A DNA stretch of 64,000 bases from Bilabrum cf. latius (taxonomy: Eukaryota): assembly GCA_965178125.1 (NCBI GenBank), contig OZ237740.1, positions 868,001 through 932,000 of the forward strand. The letters are read 5' to 3'. This document shows, piece after piece, positions 11,293 to 25,100 of the stretch. A model generated the notes under the pieces. The model ran no database searches. It was not told the DNA's origin and saw nothing but the letters and a program-made list of their open reading frames with translations. Position 1 is the stretch's first letter; every line of letters begins with the position of its first letter. Position numbers and translations under genes: made by a program.

Positions 11293-12396
11293 ATGGCCCA
11301 AAGAAGTGCAACATCCCCTGTGATCGATCTCGTGAGCGACTCTAGCTGTAGTGACACGGAAAGCGACTTGGATGAATCCTGGTCTTTGGATGCTGCCACG
11401 ATCACACGTCTATTGCGCAAAGTGCATGCCGATAGCCGAGGCCAGGCAAGAAGTCAGCAGGCTTAGTAGTACGGGCAGGCATCCGACGAGGTGTCAAGCG
11501 CGAATAGAGCTTTGGCATCTGGCAGCAGCAAGGACTTGTTCGCATTGTCTGGGTCAATGTTAGCAGCTGGCGCGCGGGAGTCTGCATGTGCATCTGCATC
11601 GCTTGGGCGGAAAAGGTCCAGAGGCGGAGAAGTTGACGAACCAGCGTGTTCGAGTGGTGGTGCAGTAGCTTCCAAGAGACGGCGCAGAGAGCGAGGTTCA
11701 GACGCGAGCTAGCATGAGTGCGAGGTGTGTGGGAAGGTGCTGAGCTCCATGAGAAACTTGCTGCAGCATGTGACTGTGGTGCACTTGGGGGAGCGCAATC
11801 ACGAGTGCAGAGTGTGCGGGAAGCGGTTTGGGCAGGCAGGTCATCTCAAGACGCACATGAGGACTGTGCATCTTGGGAAGCGCGATCACGAGTGCGGTGT
11901 GTGCGGCAAACGCTTCGGTGTAGCAGGTCATCTCAAGAGGCACATGAAGACTGTGCATCTTGGGGAGCGCGATCACGAGTGCGGTGTGTGCGGCAAGCAC
12001 TTCGGTGTGGCAGGCAGTCTCAAGACGCACATGAGGACTGTGCATCTTGGGAAGCGCGATCACGAGTGCGGTGTGTGCGGCAAGCGCTTCGGGGAGGCAG
12101 GTCATCTCAAGAGGCACATGAGGACTGTGCATCTTGGGAAGCGCGATCACGAGTGTGGTGTGTGCGGCAAGCACTTCGGTGTGGCAGGTCATCTCAAGAC
12201 GCACATGAGAACTGTGCATCTTGGGAAGCGCGATCACGAGTGTGGTGTGTGCGGCAAGCACTTCGGGGAGGCAGGCAGTCTCAAGAGGCACATGAGGACT
12301 GTGCATCTTGGGGAGCGCGATCACGAGTGTGGTGTGTGCGGCAAGCACTTCGGGGAGGCAGGTCATCTCAAGAGGCACATGAGCAGGTTGCACTGA
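11293..12396 (+). CDS. C2H2 zinc-finger protein with 8 tandem fingers
   Basis: ATG 11293 is in frame through TAG codons (SQQA**YGQ, DAS*HEC) to the array of HECGVCGK(R/H)FGxAGxLKxHMRTVH units. Ends TGA. Confidence 0.85.
11713..12393 (+). repeat. 84-bp coding minisatellite (8 units, 7 nearly identical) encoding the zinc fingers
   Basis: Unit gatcacgagtgcggtgtgtgcggcaagcacttcgg...actgtgcatcttgggaagcgc repeats with period 84. Confidence 0.95.
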
Positions 12397-13139
12397 TTGG
12401 TGATGGGTACAGCTGCCGACTGCGGTGTGGATGAGGAGGACCTCCGTCAGCACAGCTGTCGAGCATGCAGCTATGTGGGACCTCGGCTTTCCCCTCGACC
12501 CAGCAGCCGGACAATGCCCGAGACCTCGCCAGGGCACGATGAGCGGCTGCAGCGGGTCAACCAGGAGAGGGCGGCACAGGTGAGATCCGGGTTTTGGTGG
12601 TAGGACCGGCGCGCCGGCGTTTCCTCCGGCAAAGCCATGCAAGAGGACATGCTGGCTCGCATGGAGAGTGAGTCCGAGACATCTATCCAGCTGATCGCAC
12701 TTGCCGAGTCCAGGGGACTCTTCGCTGCTCCCAACGAGAGGTCCAGCTTCAACCTGGCTCCGGCCCAGGCTGGCGGCAGCTCCGGGGCCGATCCGGACGC
12801 GGGGGCCCGCGTGGTGCAGCAGCCCGAGTCACCAGACGCCCCGGGTGTTACAGCTGGTGTGATCTTATCTTTCTGGGCTAGGTCGGGGACACGGAGCCGA
12901 GGGATGCGACGAGCTCGCCTGTCGCCAGCAGGGTGTCTCAGGTTTGCGTCTCAGGGCGGCTCCCATGAAGATTTATCGATGTATGTCTGCCGGCGGTCAC
13001 CAAGTTCAAGCGGGTTGAAGGTTTTACGCTGCATCCTCAAGTACAGCAATGCATGATTTCCTCCAGCAAGAGTCAAGTGCCCGCAGCTAATGGGGTTGCT
13101 AAGAAGGGGGCTGATTAGTTTGAATCGCCTATTTCTAGA

Positions 13140-16100
13140 ATGGCCGAAGAGTTGATGATCAAGACTATGCCGATGCCAAGCTTACCGGAGGTTCTCATCA
13201 CTTCGTACGCGGCGTCTGCGTTTGCTCTTACGAGAGAGGGCAACGAGGTTCGTATCACCCTCGCTCATTCGGCATTCCCTGGAGACTCCAGCAGCGGTGC
13301 CGGTAGCAATGGCGCTGCTGTCGGAAGCACGACTTCAGTTGATGGGACGAAGAGCGAAAGCAAGCCCCCCTGCGCCTCATACTGGAAGGAGCTTAGCGAT
13401 GCGCTGGGTTTGGCACACGTGTCACATCGATCAGTACTCTTAGCAGCACCTCAGGTTTTTGATTCTATGCTTGAGATTATACAATTGCGGGCGTTGATTT
13501 CACTGGTTATTCATCACCTAATATTAAGAGTCTGTTGCCACAAGCAGCTGCTGGCCCACTGCATGGCCACCGAACGGGCGGCCACGAGGCTGTCGGACAA
13601 GGGCCAGGCCCGAGACAACAGCAGCATGGCTGCCACCCCGTATTGTGAGCAGAGCCCGTGGCAGAGATAATGGTAGCGACCTCAGGAGTGACCACCAGCG
13701 CCTTCTTAGGCCTTTGGCAATCCACCATGTTGGAAAAGTCCTTGCCCCGTGTGGGCACCAGGTCGCAATCGTTGTTTTGCGACCAAGTGCGACCAGCCCA
13801 TGGCGGATGCCTCGCAAGTGTGCACTTGGAAGCATTCACGCCCTGAATTACAGCCGGGTGAATTCCCCTCAATGTATTGATTCAAAGCGATGCTAGGAGA
13901 AGATGCTGCCCTGTTGGGCATTTCACAAGAGTTGAGCCACGAGCGGGAGTATCGCACACGGGCTTGGCATGGCGTCTTAGCACTGGTATCAGGAACTGCG
14001 GTCATTCTTGACCTTGCTCTGCTAAATTTGTAGGCTTCATCTGGTCTGTACCGGCTGTTGATACATGTCTTGCAGCTAGCTGCAGCAGTAGCAGGCTGCA
14101 TTTCCGTGTGGGCAATTGAGCCTGCCTTCGTGATTTGGTTGCTGTCCTTCCCGCTGCTAGCCCTCGCTGGTAAGTCCGCTGTATCCATTGTAATTATGAT
14201 ATTTTTGCCCTGCGTATCTCTAGAAGTTGCGTGTACAGCCCGCGTTTGCTGCTATGAACACTTGGACTCCAGAGCTAGCTGTTCGCACATCGCAGATTCT
14301 GATGCGATGCAGCTACTAGACCCCACAACAAGCGTTTCAATCGGAACGATAGCACTTGCGTGAGTGGTGGTTACGGAAGGCGTATCGTAGCTAGCTAGCT
14401 AGCTAGCTAGCTCATGGTTCCATATTCGATTCTGCTGTACCCGATCACTCGTCTCGCAGCTCAGCCGCGTGGTTGCGAATTCCTGCATTTTCATTCAGCG
14501 TATTGACGTGCTGTGCTATTGGGGCCTTGGTCGCGGGAGAGTTCGTGCTGTGCGGCACTCAGGGGCGCCTCGACGAAAAATGGCTCGACCTTGCCCTGGA
14601 GGGTTCTGCTCTTGTCTTTATGTGCGTACTTGCGTGCAGTACAGCGGTCGAGTCTGAGAAAAGTCTACGTTCCAGCATATCGGAGCGTGCTGAGCTCCGG
14701 GGAGAGGCGGCCCGAGCCGTTCGGCTGTTGCAAACTGCCCTGCCTCGAGACATCGCACGGGCGCTCCTAGCCGGTGAACCCGCCTGGAAGATGTGCAGAC
14801 GTTTCGAGTCTGCTACAGTTGCATTCATTAACCTCACGGACTACGCCGAAATGGTTGCTGAGCATGGGAAAGGCGCCCGGCTGGTCAGGCTGCTGGATGA
14901 CATCTTCGGGGCCATGGACGAGCTTTTGACTTGGTTTCCCACGCTGTACAAGGTGGAAACGATCGGGGCCACGTATATGATTGCAAGTGGACTGCCGCGT
15001 GAGAATCCGAGGCACGCCCAAGTCGCGATTCAGTTCTGCCTCGCGCTTCTGCAGCTGTGCACGGACATTGACGGACGGCAGATTCGAGTGACCGTCGGCG
15101 TGAATAGCGGGGAGGTGATCGGCGGAGTCATCGGGAGATCAAGAAGCTTCTACAGAGTGTTTGGAGACACCGTAAACATCGCTTCTCGGATGATGTCCCA
15201 AGGCGCCCCAGGTCACATCCACATTTCGGAGACAACTGCTCGGCACCTTGCTCGCCTCGTACGAAAGGGCGAGGTGACTTTGGTAGATCTGGGACCGAGA
15301 GCAATCAAGGGCGTGGAAAAGCCCATGCACACGTATTTTGCCGAGCCAACCGACCTGCTTAAGCATCCACTCGGTCCCGGGCCGCCCCAGGACCTGCTGC
15401 CGAGCAGCACATCTGCGACCAGCACTGCAGCCGCACTGCATCTTCCGGCCGGCAGTGGCCAGGCCGCGGCAGCGTCAGACGGTTCATCTCTCGTTCAAAG
15501 CGCATTTGAATCTAATTTCCCGGGTGATCGTGCCGATTTCCGCACCCCCGGATCCTCGCCAGGCAGCTAGCCCCGCCTGATGAGAGTCGTGCAGGCCGCC
15601 ATGCAGGACGGTAGCAAGCCCTCGATCGATCGAACAACAGGCGGCGACTATCGACAGGGGGTAGGCATGCCCCATGGCAGAGATACTACCGCGGGAGACC
15701 CCGCTAGATCCGTGCAGCAAGGGAGTCCCCTGCTGCCGTCAGCGCCGCCCACGTCGCCGTGGCACCCCAGGCTGCAGCAAACGGGAGTCCCCGCCGTGGT
15801 GGCCCGCAAGATGCGACACCTTCTGCACAACAACAGGACCCGTCGCATTGTAGATGGTGTTCGCAAGCAGCTCAGGCAGCGTGACAGGACCACCGCCTCG
15901 GAGCAGCTGCAGATGCTTGCAGACCCCAGGCGAAGGAGGGCGCCGACCCGACGCTCGCTGGAGGATGCGATGCAGGGCAAGCTGCACACGACGCCCACCG
16001 GGAAGCACGCAGTCGCCGCAATGGCCTCGAAGCGCAGCATCTTGAAGAAGAAGAAGTCTCGCCGCAGGCTCCGAAGCTCCCTTGAGGACGCTCGCAGCAG

Positions 16101-19100
16101 CGGCAGGAAACTCAAGAGGGGTAAATCAGCCAGGCCAAGGCTCTCGCTAGAGGAGAGGTACCTGGGAGGGGCCAGCCATTCGAGCGGCATGAACAACAAG
16201 CGAAGCAAGAGCACCAAGCACAGCGATCAAAGCATTTCCACCCAGGCCAGGCAGCCGTTCCAAGGCGCCCCCGCTGCATCTCGCAGAGCTGCCAGCACTG
16301 GCACGCGGGCTATGCTGCGGCAGCATCAGAGCTTCACAGTTGGTCATCGTCCAGGAACGGGACCTAGCGCAGCTCTGCCTGACTCCGCGGATGCAGGCGC
16401 ACAAGATCCATCGCAGCCTGCGTCACGGTCCAACTAGAGCAGCTCGAAGCCCCTCGAGAGCAGCAGCTCTGGAGCCGGACCCACTCCCAAGCATCATCAG
16501 CCGGGCCATGCGGCCGGGAGAGCAGCGCGCAAGCACGACGCACCCCCGGCGCCAGTGCTCCAAGTTCCTGCTACCACGTCGGTAAGCGGTGGCTTAGTAC
16601 CTGGTCGCCCGCCGCGCGGCTCCCCCGCGTCACCGGCGCGAGGTGGTATCGGCGGGAATGACTCGTCTAGCTCGGCACAAGGAGACGGCGCCTCTGCGCA
16701 CGGAGCTGGCAACTCAGGACCTAGATCAATCAGCGGCAATCAGGGCAGTAGCCCGCAGCCCTTTGGCCTACCACGCGGCTTGAAGCAAGACGAAGTGGTC
16801 GCGGCCGAAAGCTCCAGGAGCAACTCCAGGTCCTCGTCGCCTGCCAGGCACGCACACGTGGCTGACGGCCTGCTCGTGAGCCCCCTGCTCACGGCAGAGT
16901 CGCATGGTACCATTGGCACAATACCATTGGCACGGGCGGGGTCAGGTGGATCTGCGATGCTGCAAGCTCCCGCGGGCCGCCATTCACGGGTGAGGGTTCG
17001 ACAGGTGTACGACAGCTCGGATGACAGTGATGACGATCTGGGTGACGAGGCTGAGCCGTACAGCCTGTCGGATGACGAGAACGAAGACGAATCGAGCCCG
17101 CTGTACCTCGAGAGACTATACATGCAGAAGCTCACCGGGAATGTTGCCGATGCCATTAGCAAGGCATCATCGACGGGGAACAGCACCGCCAGGTCAGCAT
17201 CCACCCGGGGATCTCGGAGGACCTCCGCACCGGAGGTGCCACAGGCTCGGCTGGCAGTCCGGGCAGAAAGGAGGAGACGGGGGAGCAACGCCAGCGACTC
17301 AGGCCCGTCTGGTGGGTCTAGCAAGCTACGTCGGGGTCGGAGCAAGAGCCAGCTGGACGAGAGGCAGATCCGCGAGTCGCGAAAGGACAAGGCGGACATG
17401 CACCGACGGCAGCTACGCGCTGCCGAGAGCTTCTCCATGGCCGTGAGCCAGTATGGCGCATGGTCGAGTTAGAGCCGCGCGGCGTTGCGGAAACGGCCCA
17501 CCACCCTCCTTGATGCGCACGGCGTGCTGGGCAGCAGTCAAAGGCAAACGCCATCAAATACAATCAAGAGGCTAGTTTCCGGGAATAGGTTCAAGGGCTT
17601 CAACAACCCCGAGCATGACAGAGTCCTCAGTACCGTGGTAACTGCCAGGTCACCAGCGCAATCGCTGGACTTGCAGCCGGGCAGGTCCAGCACAAGGTCA
17701 CTGGCTGGTATTGCCGCCGGGAGGCGATCGAAATCTACGCTGGCTCGCTCCGGGGGTTCATTCTGGCGTCACCGCCACCATGGAGGCGATGCTGAGGGCA
17801 GTGATGAGGGTGGAATCGCAAACCAGGAGACGAAAGAAGGGTGGCTTGTAGTGCCCGGTTCAGTGCCTGAGGACGGCGAGCATACCAGTTTGCTCGAGCA
17901 CGAGTCTCGTGGAGCCGGGCGGCCCAACGTTGGGGAGAGTGCTTCCGAGGAGAGGGATCAGCTCCTACGGTCTCCCCAGCTGCGAAGAGTGCGCCGATCC
18001 ACGCACGGCGACGACAAGCTGAAGCTAGTCCAGCGCGCTGACATTGAGTGGCCTGACAAGGACACAAACATGTCCACGGTGCCTGAGGGCACGACAGATG
18101 ACCCTGTCGAGGGTGACATGAGCAGCTTGGAGATGACAAACCTACCGGCCAGCGTGAAAGCTGATGCAACTGGTGTCGGCGCAACTCGCACGGGCAGCAA
18201 CGATAGAAACGCACTTGTGAGGTCGGCGTCATCCCCACGGCACGGTCTCGAGGTCGAGCCATCTCGGTCGATCCCTAAGGACTAGCTCGCAAGCAGGATG
18301 CAAACCCTTGAAGAAGCCGAGTCAGAGAGCTCCTCGGACCGCGGGACGAGGATCAAGACGGAGCACAGGACTGCAACCGCTACATCTGCCATTGGGCGGC
18401 AAGCCGGCGTGGGTTACAGAGGCGCTCATCCGTCCAAGCACTCGAGCCCGACTACCGATGCCGACAGCCACGGCGCATGGGGCAACTAGTCGGCCCAAGC
18501 CGAGGATACGTCCTTTGATGGACCGGTTGAGGTGACTGCAGCTTCCATGGGCGGTAATTCTATTGGTGCAGCCTCCATGGGAACGGGCGAGCGCAATCTC
18601 TCTGGGTTACAGCGTGGGGTGAAGGGAAGCTCGCCCCCGGCACCCAGTCGCTCCCTTGGCGTGCTCTCACCAGAGAAACCGAGCCAAGTCCAAGCAGTCA
18701 TCCAGCCCCGCGGGTAGTCGCCATTGGGGTAGAGCTTGGGAGTGGAGGCCGAAGGCAGCGAAGACGACTCGGAGTCAAACCTCACTTCCGCCATGGTGTC
18801 AGGTGGGGTCAATGCAGGCAGACATCCTCGATCGTCACAGTCCAGCGTGGGCAGTGCATTCATCGGCCGAGAAGATGACGAACTAAGTATCGTCGCAGAT
18901 GACGATGAGTTCACTACGTTCGGGCAGTGCTGGAACGCGGTACGCGGAGTAGCCCCAGGGCTGATTTACGTGCTCTCCCTAGTCGTGCCACAGCCCCTTC
19001 CTGCCGACCTGACCTTCGAGTTTCACGAGCTCAGGTTCCAGGACGCCTTCATTTCGTTCGAGCAAAACCAGCGGTACTTGCTAGGTGGCGCTGTGCTATG

Positions 19101-22100
19101 GGCTGGCTTGATGTTCGCCTCCACCAGCCCGCTTGACTCGAGAACGACTGCTCTTGTGTTTGTAGGGCTGGTCGTGCTCATCTCGGCCTGCGTTTATTCG
19201 CTCAACTCCTCATTTGTGGTCGGAAACGCGGGATGGAATGCCAGACAGCGGCTTGAAATCGTGGCTAGCAGCTTGTTTGCTCTGGTCCTCGTGGGCATCA
19301 TGTTCATGCAGCACACGGCGCAGTATCCCATTCGAACAGAGCATCTAGAGGATACTGATGTCAGCACTGGGTCTCGCAGTGCACTGAAGCCTAACGGCTA
19401 GCCGATCTTGGCTGATTGTGCTGGTGCATTCCTGCCCGCAGCTGTGCTCAGCATGTGCACTTCAGTCCTGATTCCGTTCAGCCCAGCTACCCATGTCGTC
19501 GTGCAAGTTGCAATAGTGTCTGCAGCTGCTATATTTATCACCGCGATGAATTCTTTCGACGTAATTGAGTGCTAGGCGCCTCTTCTTCCCGGCCTGCATG
19601 CCATCTGGCTCGGATTGATCTCAATGGTGTTCCTGTCAGGGGTCGTCATCACCATCTCGATGCTGCGGGAGCGCGAGCAGCAGCGCCGGTACATGCTGAC
19701 GCGGGCCAACTTGCACGCCCAGGACGACGTGCAGCGGATCTTGCACAATCTGTTCCCCGAGGATGTCATCGAGCAGCTGAGACTAAACCGGGCTCTTGTT
19801 CCTCGACTGCACAAGCGATGCGGAATACTCTGGTGTGACCTGGTCGGGTTCACTCCGCTCAGCAAGCGGCTTGGCGCGGAGAAGCTGCTCGAGCTGCTCA
19901 ACAGGATTTACTCTGCTTTTGATGCCCTCGTCGAATTGCACGGGTGCGTGAAAATCGATACGATCGGGGATGCTTTCGTTGTGCTGGGCGGCCTCTTCGA
20001 GGATGACGAGGAATTGGAGATGCAGGGGGACCTGCAGCCAACACCAGTGGCTGTCAACGTTAGCGCACGCGCGACGCGGGCACCGGCTAGAGCCAGAAAC
20101 GCTGCTGATATGTCTCCAATGGTGCTAGAATCACCCAGGATGGAGCCGCCTTCGGCTACTATCCCTTTGATGCGCAAGTTAAGCGGGCACAGCGTGACAC
20201 AGGTGTCGCCATCGTCGTCACCTATTGCCGACATGCCTCATGGCCAGCGCCAAGCTTCCACCACTCCTAGAGGTGCTGACGACGCCATGCAGGCCCTTCA
20301 AGAAGCGGATGTGGTGCCCGACAGCATAGCCACTGCAGCGATCCAGGAGCTCATGCAGATGCAGGGGAGGAATGGTATTGGCCGATCCGACCGTGCTAGA
20401 TCGAGCTCCTCCCCTGGCTCGCCTCTTGCGTAGCACAGCTCTTCACGGTCTCCTATGGCTTCTTCGCCGCTCGCCAAGCCTCGATCTGCGTATTCTGGAG
20501 ATCGCAACCCTGTCAATGGCACTAGATAGAGGGCGCAGTCGGGCGCCGTAGCTTACTCCCGCGGGGCCTCTCGCATGGCGGCTACCGGGGCGGATTCACA
20601 AGTGGGCCATTCGGCCGCCTCAGCAATCGCTGTTGCAGTTACGTCTCCACGAATTGGGCAAGGCGTAGGTACCACGATGATGTCGGCTTCTGTGGGTCAG
20701 TCTGTCGGCAGCGCGGACTAGGCGGCATCCATTGATAAGGATGCGAGCGCAGCTTGTGGCAGTGTCCTCTATCAGCAGCGGGTGGGGTTTCAGGGCGGAC
20801 ACGGAGCCTCCAGTGGGTTTTCCCGGCGATCAAGCGTTGTGCGATCCACAGCCATGGCCATGTACGGCAAAGAAAGCGGCGGTTCCCACGGGCGACCGCA
20901 TGGCAGCCACCGTATCGGTCGTGGGATTCGCAGTGCCAGGCTCATGGCCGGCAGTGGAAGGATAGAAATGGCCAGGAGTATGGTCGGCACGAACACCTCC
21001 ATGATTGACAGGTTAAGGACGCATCGATCCGAGAACCTCGGAGCCGGGAGCATGGGCCTGCGAGCACCAAACATGCGTGATATTGGGATTGTGGTGACTG
21101 ATGCCGCATCACCAACTTCACCGCGAGCACAGGAGGACAGCACAAATTTCTCGCCACCACAGGTGCAGATGGTGAGAGGTCAGAGCAGAAGCCCGAAATC
21201 GGAGTCCGCTTGGGCTTCCCACCCAAACATGGACCTAGATGAGGGTGCCCATGTGCAGTTGCCAAGCGCGGAAGAGGCGCGTCATTCCGGGTTGCATGCC
21301 TTCCGTGACGGCACTCGCTCCATGCTGTCTCACGACGACAGCGCGTCCTCCTAGCCGGGCGGCGGCCATGCTGGGGCCGCCCGCGCTTCCCAATCCTGGT
21401 TTCCAGGCCCGCCTAGCGGCAGCGCCAGAGACCGCAGTGGGGAAGCAGCAGGTACTAGGCTTGTCGGGATGCAAACATCACCGTCACCTCCACTAGATCC
21501 CGGGTTTCGGAGAGGATCGGCTGTGTCAACGCTTGGCGGCTCAATCGCTAAGCATGGGCAGGAGGGATTCTCAACCAGATTACTTGATGCCGCCAATGGC
21601 ATGGATGGCCAGTTGCGGCAGCATGTCACCAACCATGACCACGAGGCGAAGTCCAACGCTGCGGTCAGACGCGTCCGCTCAGGTGTATAGCGTAACGCTA
21701 CGATTGGCAGCCCAGCTGACCTGAGACCGCACGAAAGGGCACAGCTCGGCTTACACATGGAAACCCCTAATGCGGCTGCCGGGTTGGAGGAGAGCGCAAG
21801 CTCTCATGGGGTGCACCGCGACAACTTGGCCTCTCAATCGCCCTAGCGAGCTGCGCTGCTACTGAAGACTGATGCACGCGTGCAACACATGCTTCACAAC
21901 CCGCCAGGGTCACCGCAGGGCAGACTGCGCGGCATGTCGGACGGGGGTGCGTCCCTTGCGGCTGCGCAGAATGCCATGGCATCTGTGTTCGCTCGCCGAA
22001 AAGGCCTGAAGATTAGTGTCACAAGCCCAAGGATCAAGTCGGCTCGATCAGGGTCCCCAGATCAGCGTGTTGCATAGGTGTTGGACGGGGGCTCGTCCGA

Positions 22101-25100
22101 GATGATCGATGACACGGATGCTCAGGCGCAGTCCCACGCGCCGGCAGCTGCTCCCACCCTTGGAGCCGCAACGGTCACACCGCCACGGAAAGTATCGCAC
22201 TCATCGAGTTCTTTCGCTCGCTCCGGGGAGGGGGGCGGTGTTAGTGGCTCGGCGAGCGGCAGCCCAGCTCTGTCGGGCAGGCGACGAAGGCGATCCATCG
22301 TAGTGACTGTGGAGAGCGACGACGCTCGCAAGCGTCGATTCAGGAGGCGAAAGACAAGTTCAAGCAGGCAGGTGCTGCCTGGCAGCGCCAGCGGGTTTGA
22401 CAGCAGGAGCAGGGGTGGAAGCAAAGAGATCGATGACGAGAGCACTGCCGGCGCGGCTAGTGGCAGCCTGCGGGTGCGAGTCCCACCCCTGGGTCTAGGA
22501 AAGGATGAGGGTGGCCTCAGCAGCCTGTACAGTGGAAGGAGCGTCAAGTCAAGCAGCAAGCCGGGCACAAGCGGTCAGTCCACGCGGCGTACCGCATCAT
22601 CTAGGCTGCAAGGCACAGGAGTGATGGAGAACGGCGGGCTGATTGCCAGGGCGGGAGCAGTAGCTGCGCACGAGACCGCACTCAGCCCTGTTCAGCTGAG
22701 ACGGGAGTACAAGAAAGAGCAGCAACAGGCAAGTCGGAGAGTGATCGATTCTTTGTTCACGCTTGGCCATCAGATGCAGCAAGTACTATCTGGCATCTGC
22801 GAGGAAATGCAGGTAGACGTGCAGATGAGAGTGGGCGTGCACTCCGGTAACGTGGTGACTGGCATTGTGGGTCGCATGGCTCCTAGGTTCCATGTATTCG
22901 GACTCTCGGTCATCAGGGCAGAACACATGGAGGAGTCTGGTGAGAAGGGCATGGTACACTGCTCCAGAGAGGCAGTGGAGGCGTACCTTGCGTCTGCCTA
23001 CGACTTCCAGCACCGTGAGCTGCCGCGGAAACCCAACCTGAAGAAGCCAGCCGTGGTTCCGACCGCGGCAGAGCGTCACGATCTGGACGAGACGGCGGTG
23101 CGTGCGCCCTTCAAGGTACCAAAGCCGTCTGAGGGCTTTTTCGTGCACGCCAAGGACCTTGCTGACGTGTCGGACTCGGACTCAGCCTCGTAGGCCGGGC
23201 GAGGGCTTGTTGGAGCGGATGGTGCGTTCGTCTCACCGCGGGCGCCAAGCTCTGGCAACGCATCGCCTGCTTCCAACCAACGGAGCCCAGTGCTGGCGTC
23301 CGCACGCTCGGATCCTCTTCAGCCGCAGGAAATCACAGCACGCAGAGCAGAAGAGGCCAGGCCTCTGCTGTCCCCCGTGCACGCGCAGTCACCAGCTCCA
23401 GCGTCTCCCACGACGGCCCCGGAGTCTGTGGCTCCCACTGAGCCGGGCGCTCCGCTACAAGCTGGGGCGGCTCGCAATCGGGCGACTTCCATCGGAGCAA
23501 TGTCAGGCGTCTCGAGTTCGTGGGCAGGCATGCATGCCCGGGCCCGAAGCGACTCCAAGACTCTCAGCGAACTCGCCTCTGGCCACGTTCGGGCCCTGAG
23601 GCGCCAGGGATCCTCGGAAGGGCCGCCATCACAGACTGCTCTCGCGAACCGGTCTCCCGTGGTTGCGCTGGAGGTGCCCCCGGCGCGCAGGCCCATCATT
23701 TCGGATCCCAACAGCGCGTCGACAAGCCCTGCCAGTGCCAGGCCAGGCCGCGCCGTGACATTTTCCAGCAGCGGAGGAGTTGGCGAGGAGGCCCGCATCA
23801 ACTCGAGCGGAGACGTGAACTCGAGTGGCGATCGGGCGCAGAGTGGTACGTCCTCCAGCGAACGCGTCCTGGGACATGTAACGGCTGTTGCGGGGCAGGG
23901 CCGGGATACCCGATCGCTCTAGCCGCCGTTTCTGCTTGGCATCACGTCTCCAGCTGGGTCGCAGACCACCAAGCAGGACAATCCATCGCAGTTGTCGCCG
24001 CTTCCATGGATGGCAGCTCGCAGGTCAGCGACTGCTCCAGCCTCTGGTTTAATGGAGGGAGCATTGGGTGCGTACGGCATGGGAGGTGCCATCCTCGAGA
24101 CCGCAGAGGGCGATACCTCGCAAGATCTCGCCGACGCCTCCATGTCCAACGGTACCGGTGGCATCACCATGGATGCGCTCCATGCCGAGCGTGTTTCGCC
24201 GAGAGATCAGCCGCTAGAGCGAGACAACCATCATCGGGGCGGCGATCGGGCCGGGTCGCTGAGAGACTAGAGCAGGCGGCGACTCAGCTCCAGCGCGCCC
24301 GCTCATCAGGGCCCCGAACCCAGCAAGCTGACGAGCGGTGCCGATGCAAAGGCGAGACCCGCATCGCAGCGGAGACCGGTCAGGCGGTCAGACGAGCCGC
24401 AGTTCCAGTCGCCCCTCTCAGCCCGTGAAAGAGGCGCAACTGCTGGTCGCCAAGGCTCTACTCTTGCGGGACCACTCAAGATCGCAACACCGGCAAGCAC
24501 GCAGCTGGGGTCACCTGCAGCTCGCGGCGTGGTCGCGTGGGGCACGGCAGGCACTTCGTCCGGCACTAGCGGCCGCGAGCAGGCGAGGTCCACAGGCTTG
24601 GCGCGAGACGCAGAAGGGTTGCACTCGGATTCCAGTGGTGCGTCGGGCACCCCTCTCGCATCCTCGAGACCGCGACAGACGGGCATCGTGGAGATGGGAA
24701 TCGCATCGGGATCGACGGCTCAATCCAAGCGCCGGCGCTCTCCCGAGCTGCAGCTTAGCTTCGGGAAAGAAGGCACCATCGGCGCAGCGGGGGGCTTGGC
24801 ATCCGGGTCAGGTGATTTGGACGTGTCAGGGTCCGGGTCTGCATCCGGCGAGGTGCATTCGCTCCCGCCGTTCAGCTCTAGACTGGCGAGAACTACAGGC
24901 ACCTCGGAGGAGGGGTCCCCGAGGGGTGCGCCGCCCACAAGGAAGGCAAACGAGAGGCATGGCGGACTGGATGACGAAGGCGCGCAGGGACCCTCAGTCT
25001 ACAACACGCCAGCTCGTAGGGCTGCAGCTCCCGGCCGTCGCGGCGGACAGGGCCTGGGCACAGGCGGCTCAGACACTGTGTCAGAGCTGTTCGGGTCCCA

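Noticed and set aside
11713-12393. CRISPR-like array
   Set aside because: Contiguous 84-bp coding repeats with no unique spacers, in a eukaryotic context with no cas genes.
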